The notes below the pieces were generated by a model that saw nothing but the letters and a program-made list of their open reading frames with translations, was not told the origin of the DNA and searched no databases. A stretch of DNA of 64,000 nt from Chloroflexota bacterium (GTDB lineage Bacteria; Chloroflexota; UBA6077; FW602-bin22; JBCLEL01), in contig OZ253568.1 of the NCBI GenBank assembly GCA_965262895.1, forward strand, positions 3,547,317 through 3,611,316. Reading direction: 5' to 3'. Shown here piece by piece: positions 28,481 to 38,590 of this stretch. Positions within the stretch are counted from its first letter, which is position 1; each line of letters opens with the position of its first letter. The translations under genes were made by a program, and so were the position numbers.

Positions 28481-28936
28481 ATGAGGTACACTCTTCGCCA
28501 GGCTGAGTTAAGGGATTTCCTCGCCGTTTCGCCGCTGTTGCAAGAGTTGGGTAGGGACGAACTGAACTCAGCCACGGAACCCATTTGTCGAGAGCGATAC
28601 GCCCGCTAGATTGGGTGGGCGGACACCGCGAGTCTGGTGGCTGAGGAAGACGGCCAGGTAGTCGGAGTCCTATCGATGGAGTTTCGCGAGCGGTTGAATC
28701 GGCCAAACCGCGAGGCTTGGATTCCCGACCTGATCGTGACCGAACGGAGCCGTGGCCGTGGGTTGGGACGCGCATTATTGCTTGCCGCATTTGAAATTGC
28801 TCAACAGCATGGCTGCTACCGTTGATCTCTGGAGTCAGGATACGATCGCAAGGTTGCTCACCAACTCTATTTGGCAATGGGAATGCCGGAACAAGGCAGC
28901 TTCTTCGATGTTGAATTCGGAGGGTCGGAATCCTGA
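28481..28936 (+). pseudogene. GNAT-family N-acetyltransferase interrupted by two in-frame stops (TAG 28607, TGA 28823)
   Basis: ORF-track pieces 28421..28609 and 28637..28825 plus the untracked tail 28826..28936 are all in one frame. The read-through product is MRYTLRQAELRDFLAVSPLLQELG...RERYAR*IGWADTASLVAEEDGQVVGVLSMEF...ERSRGRGLGRALLLAAFEIAQQHGCYR*SLESGYDRKVAHQLYLAMGMPEQGSFF..., a complete GNAT fold with the Q/RxxGxG/A motif RGRGLG. Confidence 0.75.
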
Positions 28937-29098
28937 ATAAGCTCGCAGGTATCTCGCAGGTATATCGTAATTGACCTCCATCGCCTTTCCGTGTAATACC
29001 GTCGCGACAATACCGCAACACCAAGAAAATTCAGCCACGCCACGAGTCTTCGATCGCTCGTGCTTACTCACCGGATTCTTAGAGGGAGGCCGGATTTC

Positions 29099-30319
29099 AT
29101 GATTAGTGGAGCAGATACGGCCTGGGTACTCATCAGTTCGGCACTCGTCCTGATGATGATTCCCGGGATCGCGTTTTTCTATGGGGGCCTCGTTCGGAGA
29201 AAGAACATCGCCGGAACACTCATGCAGGTCGTGGTTACGATGGGAGTCGTGGGCGTTGTATGGGTATTGTGGGGCTACAGCCTCGCTTTCGGCCCGTCAA
29301 TCGGTGGTCTTGTAGGTAGTCTCGAATGGCTTGGACTCGCCGGGGTCAGTGCGACCGACGCGGGGCCGTACTCAGACGCCATTCCGCACCAGACGTTTAT
29401 GGTCTTCCAGGGCATGTTCGCGATGATCACACCGGCGATAGTCATCGGCGGATTCGCTGAGCGGATGAAGTTTTCGTCCTTTGTCGTCTTCACGGTTCTC
29501 TGGGTGACCATCGTTTACGCTCCAATGGCGCACTGGGTATGGAGCACTGATGGCTGGATCAATGCGCTTGGTGCCCTCGACTTCGCCGGCGGCACCGTCG
29601 TTCACATTAATTCCGGCGTCGCGGCGCTTGCAGCAGCCCTGATCATTGGCAAGCGCCTTGGCTATGGAGACAAGCCTATGGCACCCCACCACGTACCGAT
29701 GGTCGTATTAGGCGCGGGTCTACTTTGGTTCGGATGGTTCGGCTTCAACGCCGGCAGCGCCCTCGCTCCCGACGGAAACGCAGTCAACGCCTTCGTCGTT
29801 ACAAACACTGCGGCTGCAGCGGGCGTAGTCTCGTGGATGGCCATGTCGTGGCTCTTAGACGAGAAGCCAAGCCTTATAGGTGCTGCGTCCGGTGCTGTGG
29901 CCGGCCTTGTGGCGATCACTCCCGCAGCCGGGTTCGTCGGTGCTATGCCGGCAATAATCATCGGACTGATAGCTGGTGTCCTTTGCTACTTGTCCATCAA
30001 GATCGTAAGTAGGCTTCGAGTCGACGACTCGCTGGCGGTGTTTGGAGTACACGGCATAGGCGGCACCTGGGGCGCAATTGCCACTGGCTTGTTCGTGGGT
30101 GTTGGCTTTGGAGCGTTGGCCGATGGAGTCAGTCGCGTCGAGCAGATCCTTTATCAGCTCGTCAGCATCGGTGCGGCATGGGGTTGGTCCTTGGTGGCCA
30201 CATCGCTGATCTTGATTGTCATCAAGGTGACAATCGGACTCCGGCTCAGCGTCGGTGACGAGGAAGCCGGCCTGGATATTTCGCAGCACGGAGAAATCGC
30301 CTACTCATCCGAAGATTAG
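29099..30319 (+). CDS. amt: Ammonium transporter (Amt family)
   Basis: ATG 29099 (MISGADTAWVLISSALVLMMIPG...) with AGAGGGAGG upstream. Amt signature DFAGGTVVHINSG. Confidence 0.9.
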   Translation: MISGADTAWVLISSALVLMMIPGIAFFYGGLVRRKNIAGTLMQVVVTMGVVGVVWVLWGYSLAFGPSIGGLVGSLEWLGLAGVSATDAGPYSDAIPHQTFMVFQGMFAMITPAIVIGGFAERMKFSSFVVFTVLWVTIVYAPMAHWVWSTDGWINALGALDFAGGTVVHINSGVAALAAALIIGKRLGYGDKPMAPHHVPMVVLGAGLLWFGWFGFNAGSALAPDGNAVNAFVVTNTAAAAGVVSWMAMSWLLDEKPSLIGAASGAVAGLVAITPAAGFVGAMPAIIIGLIAGVLCYLSIKIVSRLRVDDSLAVFGVHGIGGTWGAIATGLFVGVGFGALADGVSRVEQILYQLVSIGAAWGWSLVATSLILIVIKVTIGLRLSVGDEEAGLDISQHGEIAYSSED

Positions 30320-30423
30320 TCCAAAAGGGTTATATTCGTTGAGTGCAGAGGTCGCTGCGGATTTATGGCAAGTAGCCCTTCAACCTCTATGACCCGAATA
30401 TGCGTCCACGTGGGGAATCTATC

Positions 30424-30768
30424 ATGAACAAGATTGAAGCGATCATCAGACCGGAGAAGCTGCACGCGGTTACCGAGGGCCTGGCCGGCGTAGGACTCGT
30501 GGGCCTCAACGTGGTCCAGGTGACGGGTCGCGGGGCACAGCGAGGCGTCGTTGGTGGGGGAGCGCGGGGGGTAGGTCGGCGAGTCGTCGATATGCTGCCT
30601 AAGGTTAAGATCGAACTCGTCGTCAAGGACAGCCAAACACAGATCGCTATCGACACCGTAATCGAGAAGGCCCGAACCGGGGAGATCGGCGACGGCAAGA
30701 TATTCGTCATGCCCGTGTCAAACGTCATCCGCGTACGAACGGGCGAGCAGGGTGACGACGCCGTATGA
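30424..30768 (+). CDS. glnK: P-II nitrogen regulatory protein (GlnK-type, next to amt)
   Basis: MNKIEAIIRPEKL...TGEIGDGKIFVMPVSNVIRVRTGE. The T-loop is atypical (GRGAQRGVVGGGARGVGRRVVD). Confidence 0.85.
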   Translation: MNKIEAIIRPEKLHAVTEGLAGVGLVGLNVVQVTGRGAQRGVVGGGARGVGRRVVDMLPKVKIELVVKDSQTQIAIDTVIEKARTGEIGDGKIFVMPVSNVIRVRTGEQGDDAV

Positions 30769-30793
30769 GTCAGTAGGAGGCGTTCGCTCGAGT

Positions 30794-31687
30794 CTAGGGG
30801 CTGTACGGTACAGGAATTCCTTTAGCTAGCATTTCGACGCGATAGACGCTGGTCCGAGCGGTTATGTACAGAGTCGTCCAGTCTTTCCCACCCCACGCCA
30901 GATTGGCTGGCGACTCAGGGGTTACGATACGCCCCAGGAGCTCGCCTGACGGATCGACGACCCAGGTTCCGCCAGGTCCGGAGCAGTACAGAATGCCCTG
31001 CTGATCCACTTTCATCCCATCGGGAGTCACGACGCCTGGGCGGTCGATGTCGATAACTACTCTGCTGTTTGACACCGTCCCATTATCGTTTAAATTCAGT
31101 GCCCTGACGTGCCGGCGTCCGCTGTCAACCACGTAGAGCGTCCGCTCGTCAGGTGAGAACGCAAGGCCGTTCGGCCCCTCGAAATCATCTGATACCAAAG
31201 TAATAGTGCCGGCCCCATCGGCCGCAAACACGCCGCTGAACTCCAGTTCTTTGCCTTCAGGGTAGGTCGGCAAGCCGTAAACGGGATCGGTAAAGTAAAT
31301 GTCGCCATTCGACTTGAGTGCTAAGTCATTCGGACTATTGAAGCGCTTGCCTTGGAACCTGTCGAAGAGCGTCGTGGCGTGGCCGTCTTCCGACACAACC
31401 GACACGCGTCGCGAGTCCCCTTCACACACTATTAGCCTGCCCTCGTGGTCAATCGTCATGCCATTCGCTTTGTCCGACGGTGAGCGAAAGGTCGTTATTT
31501 CGGGCCCTTCCGGCAGCTCGCGTAGGCGGACGGTCCGCCTATTTGGGATGTCGTTGAAGAGCAGGTACCCATCCTTCCAGACAGGTCCCTCCGTAAACGC
31601 GAAACCCGCTGCAACTCTCTCGATCTTCGCGTCACCCGGTATGAGATCAAGAAATTTGGGGGACAGAACCTCGACAAATCCTTCCAT
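30794..31687 (-). CDS. SMP-30/gluconolactonase/LRE-family beta-propeller hydrolase
   Basis: 297 aa: ...FTEGPVW...NDIPN...ANGMTIDHEGRLIVCE...FNSPNDL...PNGLAFSPDE...PDGMKVD... Confidence 0.8.
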   Translation of the reverse strand: MEGFVEVLSPKFLDLIPGDAKIERVAAGFAFTEGPVWKDGYLLFNDIPNRRTVRLRELPEGPEITTFRSPSDKANGMTIDHEGRLIVCEGDSRRVSVVSEDGHATTLFDRFQGKRFNSPNDLALKSNGDIYFTDPVYGLPTYPEGKELEFSGVFAADGAGTITLVSDDFEGPNGLAFSPDERTLYVVDSGRRHVRALNLNDNGTVSNSRVVIDIDRPGVVTPDGMKVDQQGILYCSGPGGTWVVDPSGELLGRIVTPESPANLAWGGKDWTTLYITARTSVYRVEMLAKGIPVPYSP

Positions 31688-31834
31688 ATACCCTCCTAGT
31701 ATTCAGGGATTATAGACGAGTCATCCGGAACGAAGGATACGCTATTTTCTCGATAGATGCGATAGCCAGTACGCCTACTTAGTCCGCAAACATGGCCATG
31801 GCTTATCAATGCCGCGACGATAACCACTGCCCAC

Positions 31835-32165
31835 GTCGTCATCGGTACGAACGCATGTCCCGGACTCCGATCCGGGATTGACGCCCCAATTAACCTCGCC
31901 AACGCCTCCCCACACCCTAAGCTTGCCGCACCAAGAATTTCCGGCCGATAGTAGAAGGAAGAAATGTAGCACTGGGCCTTGTCCCCAGCCCCGGGCGCGG
32001 CGGGCAGCCCGCTCTGGTTGTATACCGACCGGCTCCATGTTCATCCTCTTACGTGGCCTTCGCTTGGCCACGGAGATTTCCGTGAACCCGGGAATCCAGA
32101 GGAGGCAAAGATGGCGCCATAGATTCCCGGTTTCTTGGTGTGTTACCATCGTGCTAACAGCTTGG
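31835..32165 (+). repeat. Mosaic hairpin-repeat cluster 5
   Basis: Contains A (31844-31877), C (31965-31989), D (32033-32081) and the B right half (gaacccgggaatccagagg, about 32085-32103). It lies in a divergent intergenic region. Confidence 0.8.
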
Positions 32166-32192
32166 CGAATTTGAGACGAAGAGGTAGCAACC

Positions 32193-32723
32193 GTGAACCA
32201 AGACAGTGTCATCGCGAAAGATCGTTACGAGAAGGCGACAACCTACGACGAGTATGTCGAACGCATGCAGGTGAACCAGCAACAGATGACCGAGTTCACC
32301 GACGAGGTTGAAATTCCGGAAGATGACATCGAGTGGTGGAAGCAGCAGCCCAACCTCAATGTATTAGTTCTCACCTACGATGGCTGCGGCGACGCTCTCT
32401 ACAATATCCCAGTAATGGCGAAAATCGCCCAGCACTGCCCGAACATCGACCTGCGCGTAGTCCAGCGGGATGACAATCTAGATATCATGGAGCAGTACCT
32501 CAATCAAGGCATGTACCAGTCCGTACCGACGTTCATCTTCATGGATGAGAATCTGATGGAGATCGGCAACCTCAAGGAGAGGCCGTCGGCTATGACTGAG
32601 GTCTTCGATCGAGAAGGCATACGCCTACGCCGGTCACTTCGCGAGCAGAACAAAGAGCCCTGGCGTGCGGAGATGGTCCGCGAGTTGCGTGAAGTCGTTG
32701 CCACCAAGAAACAGTACGATTAG
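32193..32723 (+). CDS. Thioredoxin-fold family protein
   Basis: 176 aa, GTG start: ...VLVLTYDGCGDALYNIPVMAKIA...SVPTFIFMDENL..., a thioredoxin-like beta-alpha-beta pattern with a CGD motif instead of CxxC. Confidence 0.55.
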   Translation: MNQDSVIAKDRYEKATTYDEYVERMQVNQQQMTEFTDEVEIPEDDIEWWKQQPNLNVLVLTYDGCGDALYNIPVMAKIAQHCPNIDLRVVQRDDNLDIMEQYLNQGMYQSVPTFIFMDENLMEIGNLKERPSAMTEVFDREGIRLRRSLREQNKEPWRAEMVRELREVVATKKQYD

Positions 32724-32881
32724 CTGAACATTGATGGCGAATCGCGCGACGCCGGTCTCGGAGAAATCGCCAGTTTACTCCGAGTAGCGACCATAGGACC
32801 GAGACTCCAACCCGACCTATCTGCGCGTGAGACCAGTCCTACGAGACGCGCCGCTTGCTCGCTGAAGCACGCTGGTTGCCG

Positions 32882-32967
32882 GCCGGGGTGGCGGAATGGC
32901 AGACGCAGGGGACTTAAAATCCCTCGCCCATTAGGGCATGAGAGTTCGAGTCTCTCTCCCGGCACCA
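32882..32967 (+). tRNA. tRNA-Leu (anticodon UAA), class II with long variable arm, CCA encoded
   Basis: gccggggtggcggaatggcagacgcaggggaCTTAAAAtccctcgcccattagggcatgagagttcgagtctctctcccggcacca. Acceptor GCCGGGG/TCCCGGC, T-arm gagag-ttcgagt-ctctc, anticodon loop cuUAAaa. Confidence 0.9.
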
Positions 32968-33011
32968 GCTTTTTGCTCGATCAATCGTGGGGAAACATCG
33001 GAGGTCTTTAA

Positions 33012-33368
33012 GTGGACTCAGATCGAACGAAGATTGGCCTGCACCAGATCGGCATAATTGTTCTAACCATCGCAACTGCGCTGATTCATCTGTACTGGAG
33101 CTCCCAGACGCCTGCAGCCATCGTATTCATACTGAACGGTCTCGGATATCTGGCGCTCGTAGCAGCTCTCTATTTTCCCCTATCCGGCCTGGCTCGGTTT
33201 AGACCGTCCGTCCGCTGGGTACTACTGGGATACACCGCTGTCACGGTAGTGCTTTGGGCTATCAATGGCCCACGAATCCCGATAGCTTACGCTGACAAGG
33301 TCATCGAGCTACTCCTGATATTGCTGCTACTCTTGGAAGCGCGAAAACCGGCCCACGCCGCTAGCTAG
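33012..33368 (+). CDS. Small integral membrane protein (4 predicted TM helices), function unknown
   Basis: 118-aa ORF, hydrophobic throughout, GTG start. No recognisable family. Confidence 0.45.
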   Translation: MDSDRTKIGLHQIGIIVLTIATALIHLYWSSQTPAAIVFILNGLGYLALVAALYFPLSGLARFRPSVRWVLLGYTAVTVVLWAINGPRIPIAYADKVIELLLILLLLLEARKPAHAAS

Positions 33369-33409
33369 CGACTCTCCCTCCATCCACGTCTCAATGAGGT
33401 AGACTTTCG

Positions 33410-34315
33410 ATGCCACGACTGCCCTTCGATAAGCCGGGGCGCTTCTTTCGCGGCAATATCCACACCCATTCCACCCGCTCCGACGGACGGATACCGCCGG
33501 CCCAAGTCGTGGCCGCCTATCGGGATCATGGCTACGATTTTCTGGCCATCACAGACCACTTCCGCGAGCGCTATGGGTTTCCAATCACTGACACCAGCGA
33601 GTTTCGCTCGGATGGCTTCACGACGATCTTCGGTGCCGAGCTCCACGCGCCTGGACTTCAGAACGGCGAAGATTGGCATATTCTTGCCGCGGGTTTGCCT
33701 CTGGATTTTCCGCCGACGACTCCTGGTGAGACCGGCCCTGAACTTGCCGCGCGAGCTGCGTCCGCCGGCGCATTCGTCGGCATAGCGCATCCCGCCTGGT
33801 ACAGCCTTACAGTCGACGATGCCTTGTCTCTGGAAGCAGCTCATTCGGTAGAGGTTTACAATAAGACCATTGCCCTTGCAAACGACCGGGGCGAGGGCTG
33901 GTACATGAGCGACTTCCTGTCCCAGCACGGCCGGCGGCTGACCGCCTACGTTGCCGATGACGCCCACTTCAACCCCGGCCGACCACAGGATCACCGCGCA
34001 GCTTGGGTCCATGTTCGCGCCGAGAGCCTTGACCCGGATGCCATTGTCACCGCGCTTAAGGCCGGCGATTTCTACTCGAGCCAGGGACCAGAGATCCACG
34101 ACATCGCGATAGAACATGGGCGGGTCGATATCTCATGCTCGCCGGCCGCTTCCGTTTTCGTCACTGGAAGGGCGCAACTCTCGCAACCAGTTCACGGAGC
34201 CAGCATAACCAACTGCAAGCTGCCCTTGAGCAAATTCGCCGGCTCGTATTTTCGGGTGACAATAATCGACCACGCCGGCAAACGCGCCTGGTCCAACCCC
34301 ATTTGGTTGGACTGA
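33410..34315 (+). CDS. PHP-domain (CehA/McbA-like) metallohydrolase
   Basis: 301 aa: ...GNIHTHSTRSDG...FLAITDH...GAELH...IAHP...DDAH... Confidence 0.7.
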   Translation: MPRLPFDKPGRFFRGNIHTHSTRSDGRIPPAQVVAAYRDHGYDFLAITDHFRERYGFPITDTSEFRSDGFTTIFGAELHAPGLQNGEDWHILAAGLPLDFPPTTPGETGPELAARAASAGAFVGIAHPAWYSLTVDDALSLEAAHSVEVYNKTIALANDRGEGWYMSDFLSQHGRRLTAYVADDAHFNPGRPQDHRAAWVHVRAESLDPDAIVTALKAGDFYSSQGPEIHDIAIEHGRVDISCSPAASVFVTGRAQLSQPVHGASITNCKLPLSKFAGSYFRVTIIDHAGKRAWSNPIWLD

Positions 34316-34454
34316 GGGGCCCCGACTGCGGCGTGTGGGTCGTGCGCGGACGCATTAGCCCCGCAATTCCACTAATGTCTCACCACCCGCCGCGGCTAGG
34401 CGTTTGACGGCACTAAGGGCTTCCGGCCGCTCGTGGGCGGCTACTCGCCGGTGT

Positions 34455-36296
34455 CTATTCGACAGTCACCGACTTCGCCAGATTGCGTGGCTGATCGACG
34501 TCACAACCCCGCCGGACCGCCAGGTAGTAGGCGATAAGCTGCATCGGGATCGTATTGATCAAGGGAGAGAGCATCTCATCAGTCACCGGAACCTCTATCA
34601 GGTGGTCCACTTTGCCGGCTAGATCGCGATCACCGGCCGGCCCGATTGCGATGACCATGCCGCCGCGTGCCTTCGCCTGCTCGATGTTGCTCATGATCTT
34701 GTCATGAACGCGGTCGCGGGCAAGAATTGCGACGATTGGAATCTCCTCGTCAACCAGCGCTATCGGACCGTGCTTCAGTTCGCCACCCGGATACCCTTCC
34801 GCGTGGATATATGAGATCTCCTTCAGCTTCAGAGCTCCCTCCAACGCGATAGGATAGTTGATACCTCGCGCCACGTAGAGGAAGTCCCGCCGCTTAAAGT
34901 AAAGATTGGCTAGTTCCTCGTAAACCGAATGGTTGTCCAACAACCTGCTAACCTGCGCCGGCGCCTCGGTCAGCGCCTGCAATTTAGTCCTAACCTGATC
35001 GCTATCGATCGTCCCACGAACTCGCCCAAACTTCAGCGCCAACAGATACAGAGCCACCAGCATATTGGTGAATGCCTTGGTTGACGCAACGCCAATCTCG
35101 GGACCGGCGTGGAGGTATACGACTGAGTCGCTGACCCGGCTGGCCTGGCTCCCAACTACGTTCACCATGCTCAGGGTCAATGATCCCAAGCGCCGTGCGA
35201 GGTCCATCGAGACCAATGTATCGACGGTCTCGCCCGATTGAGTCATCGCAATGAATAAGTCATCCGGCCCCATCACCGGCTGCCTATAGCGGAACTCCCC
35301 CGCATAGTCGACCTCGACCGGCAGTCGGGCGAAGTTCTCGAATAAGAATTTGCCTACCAGGCAAGCATGCCAGGCGCTGCCACTGCCGACCAGTACAATC
35401 CGGCTGAAATTGCGAATCTGTTCGTCGGTAAAGCTCAGCTCCTCAAGACGGACGTCACCCGCATCCAGATTCATCCGTGTCGAGACGCAGTCGGACAACG
35501 CACGTGGTTGCTCGACGATTTCCTTCAGCGTGAAGTGCTTATAGCTGCCTTTGGCAGCCGACACCGGGTCGAAGGCAATTGAGTGCACGTCCTTCTCAAC
35601 TGGAGTTCCGTCGAGTCTCAAGTAGTGCGCGCTTTCACGATCGATCACGCCAATCTCGCTGTCTTCCAAGAAGGACACCCGTTGGGTGTGTTCTAGGACC
35701 GCCGGCATATCCGAAGCGAGGAACATCTCTCCCTCGCCCCAACCGATGACAATGCCGCCGGCGTTGCCGATCCGAGCGGTAACCAGACGGCTCGGTTCCA
35801 TGCGGCTCATTACTATGATCGCTTGGTTGCCTTTGAGCTCGGAAAGAGTGACGCGCACAGCCTCCGGCAAGCCCAGCCCAGTCGCTAGCTTATCCTCAAC
35901 TAAGTGTGCGATGACTTCGGTGTCGGTGTCAGATCGGAACCCGTGCCCGGCTGTTTGCAGGCGCTTTTTCAACGAAAGATAGTTCTCCACCATTCCATTG
36001 TGGATGACGACGATATCGCCATTGCAATCAATGTGAGGATGGGCATTTTGCTCCGTTGGCCGGCCATGGGTCGCCCAGCGAGTGTGGCCTATGCCGATGT
36101 TGCCGGACGTTGGCTTCTCGGCCAAGACTTTCTGCAAATTGTCGAGTTTTCCCGAGCTGCGCCGCAGCTCAAGCTCACCGCCCTCGTACACGGCCAATCC
36201 GGCCGAATCGTAGCCCCGGTACTCCAGCCGCCGGAGCCCATCGAAGACGATGCTGCCGGCGTCCCGCGGTCCGACGTAGCCAACGATTCCGCACAC
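34455..36296 (-). CDS. glmS: Glutamine--fructose-6-phosphate aminotransferase
   Basis: 613 aa: MCGIVGYVG... Ntn amidotransferase plus two SIS domains, ending ...DQPRNLAKSVTVE. Confidence 0.93.
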   Translation of the reverse strand: MCGIVGYVGPRDAGSIVFDGLRRLEYRGYDSAGLAVYEGGELELRRSSGKLDNLQKVLAEKPTSGNIGIGHTRWATHGRPTEQNAHPHIDCNGDIVVIHNGMVENYLSLKKRLQTAGHGFRSDTDTEVIAHLVEDKLATGLGLPEAVRVTLSELKGNQAIIVMSRMEPSRLVTARIGNAGGIVIGWGEGEMFLASDMPAVLEHTQRVSFLEDSEIGVIDRESAHYLRLDGTPVEKDVHSIAFDPVSAAKGSYKHFTLKEIVEQPRALSDCVSTRMNLDAGDVRLEELSFTDEQIRNFSRIVLVGSGSAWHACLVGKFLFENFARLPVEVDYAGEFRYRQPVMGPDDLFIAMTQSGETVDTLVSMDLARRLGSLTLSMVNVVGSQASRVSDSVVYLHAGPEIGVASTKAFTNMLVALYLLALKFGRVRGTIDSDQVRTKLQALTEAPAQVSRLLDNHSVYEELANLYFKRRDFLYVARGINYPIALEGALKLKEISYIHAEGYPGGELKHGPIALVDEEIPIVAILARDRVHDKIMSNIEQAKARGGMVIAIGPAGDRDLAGKVDHLIEVPVTDEMLSPLINTIPMQLIAYYLAVRRGCDVDQPRNLAKSVTVE

Positions 36297-36339
36297 TAGA
36301 CGACCTCTCGCGATGTCTTATCCAACGCCAGAGCCTCTC

Positions 36340-37023
36340 TCACGGTTCCTTAACTCCTTCCCCTAACACACTACCGCGATCCGGTACGCCATCGCCGGAT
36401 TGCTCGTAGACATCCGCATAGTAACCGCGCATCTCGCGGGGCAGCAGACCGGCGATCTTCAGCATGACTAACCGCATCCCCTCCTGGTAAGAACCGTCCT
36501 CCCGCAAAAGGACGAACGGCTCTCCAATGTTGAAGATGACGCGCGGACTTCGAGATACCATGTCCGGCCACTTCAAAATCCGATCGGTTCCAATTATCCC
36601 CACCGGGAGAACTGGTGCCCCGGTCCGGAGGGCAACCAAAGCGACCCCAGGATGGCCCCGCGCCAACTTCAAATCCTTGCTTCGAGTACCCTCCGGAAAC
36701 ATTCCTAAGATCTCACCATTCTCCAGTAATCGCAGGGCTTGCCGCAACGCTACGCGGTCTCGTCCGTCTCGCCGTACCGGAAACGCGTCGAACAGCCGGA
36801 TGGCTAATCCGGATATATTCCATCGAAAGAGCTCGATCTTGGTCATGTATCGTATTCGCCGGCCGATAACCCACCTCAGTAGTGGTGGATCGATCCATGC
36901 GATATGATTCGCCGCGACAATGAAAGCGCCAGATCGAGGTACGTTTTCCATACCGCGGACCTCGACCTTCGAGCTTATGAATGCCAACAGACCAGCGAGC
37001 GCCGCCAGCAAGAACTGACTCAT
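36340..37023 (-). CDS. plsC: 1-acyl-sn-glycerol-3-phosphate acyltransferase
   Basis: 227 aa with NHIAWIDP (HxxxxD) and FPEGTRS motifs. Confidence 0.8.
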   Translation of the reverse strand: MSQFLLAALAGLLAFISSKVEVRGMENVPRSGAFIVAANHIAWIDPPLLRWVIGRRIRYMTKIELFRWNISGLAIRLFDAFPVRRDGRDRVALRQALRLLENGEILGMFPEGTRSKDLKLARGHPGVALVALRTGAPVLPVGIIGTDRILKWPDMVSRSPRVIFNIGEPFVLLREDGSYQEGMRLVMLKIAGLLPREMRGYYADVYEQSGDGVPDRGSVLGEGVKEP

Positions 37024-37751
37024 TCGACTACTCTAATTCTTACCTCTTCAAGTATGTGGTCGACTACCTGTTGCGCGGTTATTCCGTCGGTCTGAATGAC
37101 GATGGCATCATCCGCCGGCACAGTCGGGGAGAGCTCTCTCTTCGTATCCCGCTCGTCCCGCTCCTCGATTTCCGACAGCACCGTCTCATAGTCAACACGC
37201 CGGCCCAGCTTCGGCATCTCCTTGAAACGCCGCTTGGCCCGCTCCTCTGGAGAGGCGGTCAGAAAGATCTTCAACTCCGCGTCGGGTGCAACCACGGTAC
37301 CTACGTCGCGGCCGGCGGCGACCACCCCGCCGGGTTCGATTACCCGGCGCTGCAACTCAAGCAAGCTCCGGCGCACTGATCCTAGCGAGCTGATCTTGGA
37401 AGCCATCTCCGATACCAACGGCTCTTGCAACCGGGCGTTCAATTCCTTGCCGTCAAATACTACGCGGTAGGTTGACACACCGTCGGGCTTCGCATCCCGT
37501 GCGGCGAATTCGATCTTGCAGGCCAACTTGTACAGCCGATTTTCATCCCAAGGATCAACCTCGTTGTCGATCGCGGCCAGCGCGAGCGCTCGGTAGATCA
37601 AGCCGGTGTCAAAGAATCGGTAGTCAAGTTTCTCCGCCACAAGCATGCCTACCGCTGTTTTACCAGCGCTGGCGGGGCCATCAATCGCGACCCGCAGGGC
37701 AGGTCTGGTCTTCACAAAGGATGATTCGTGCTCCCGGCTCGATTCTAGCAT
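37020..37751 (-). CDS. cmk: Cytidylate kinase
   Basis: 243 aa: ...VAIDGPASAGKT...DTGLIYRA...GRDVGTVV...; 4-nt overlap with plsC. Confidence 0.85.
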   Translation of the reverse strand: MLESSREHESSFVKTRPALRVAIDGPASAGKTAVGMLVAEKLDYRFFDTGLIYRALALAAIDNEVDPWDENRLYKLACKIEFAARDAKPDGVSTYRVVFDGKELNARLQEPLVSEMASKISSLGSVRRSLLELQRRVIEPGGVVAAGRDVGTVVAPDAELKIFLTASPEERAKRRFKEMPKLGRRVDYETVLSEIEERDERDTKRELSPTVPADDAIVIQTDGITAQQVVDHILEEVRIRVVE

Positions 37752-37817
37752 CAGCGACGCCTTGGAATAGTCAATGAACGCCGTTTGAAACTCATAAGAG
37801 AAATTGTCTCAGAGGTG

Positions 37818-38582
37818 CTAACTCCCCTGAGGCGCCGCCAAATCTAGAGTTCCCACCGAGTGATGAAGCGCATCTATCTCGGTCGTCGTCAGCGAGCGAT
37901 ATTGGCCGGTTTTCAGGCCGCCTAGCTCAAGCGGTCCCATCCGGACTCTCACGATTCGCTCGACCCTCAGGCCCACGGCAAGGCACATCAGTCGTAGTTG
38001 TCGCTTGCGCCCCTCGTGAATCACGAACCGCAATTGGGCGCCTTCCTTGGTCCGGCGGATGAGCCCGACTTGGGCCGGCACGGTTCGCCGTCCGGCTATC
38101 ACGATGCCATCCCTCAAGTGGGCTAAGTCCCCTTCGTCGGGGGCTGTCCGCACGTCGACGCGGTATTCGCGAGCGACGCCAAAGCGCGGATGAGTCAAAC
38201 GATGGGTCAGATCGCCATCATCGGTAAGAAGCATTAACCCTTCGCTATCGAGGTCTAGACGGCCAACCGGATACAGCCTCTGATTCGAATTGACCAGTCC
38301 CAACACGGTCCGCCGGCCCCGTGAATCGCTGACACTGCTGAGATACCCTGCTGGTTTGTTCAAGATAATGTACGAATGCGGCAAACTGTCGGCCAACGGT
38401 TTTCCGTCTACCCTGATCTTGTCCGAAGGACTGAAGGTTGCGCCCAACTTTGTCACGACTTCGCCGTTTGCCGTCACTCGACCGGCAGTTATCAGTTCTT
38501 CGCATCGGCGTCTACTCCCCACGCCTCGGGTGGACATCAGCTTATGCAGTCTGACAGGGCGCGTCCGTTCTGTGTCAGGCAA
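37818..38582 (-). CDS. rluB: Pseudouridine synthase (RsuA/RluB family) with S4 domain
   Basis: 254 aa: ...RLHKLMSTRGVGSRRRCEELI...VGRLDLDSEGLMLLTDDG... Confidence 0.8.
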   Translation of the reverse strand: MPDTERTRPVRLHKLMSTRGVGSRRRCEELITAGRVTANGEVVTKLGATFSPSDKIRVDGKPLADSLPHSYIILNKPAGYLSSVSDSRGRRTVLGLVNSNQRLYPVGRLDLDSEGLMLLTDDGDLTHRLTHPRFGVAREYRVDVRTAPDEGDLAHLRDGIVIAGRRTVPAQVGLIRRTKEGAQLRFVIHEGRKRQLRLMCLAVGLRVERIVRVRMGPLELGGLKTGQYRSLTTTEIDALHHSVGTLDLAAPQGS

Positions 38583-38590
38583 TTGACGTA

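Noticed and set aside
33365-34117. Large antisense or overlapping ORFs: 33365..34117(-), 40387..40998(-), 28389..29024(-), 25158..25898(-), 12742..13350(-), 7884..8480(-), 26792..27370(-).
   Set aside because: Each lies opposite a gene with a clear family assignment and has Arg/Ser/Gly/Pro-rich composition, typical of antisense frames in GC-rich DNA.
36297-36339. A glmS ribozyme upstream of glmS.
   Set aside because: Only ~43 nt separate glmS from the upstream plsC gene, which is too short for the ribozyme, and no conserved core is seen.
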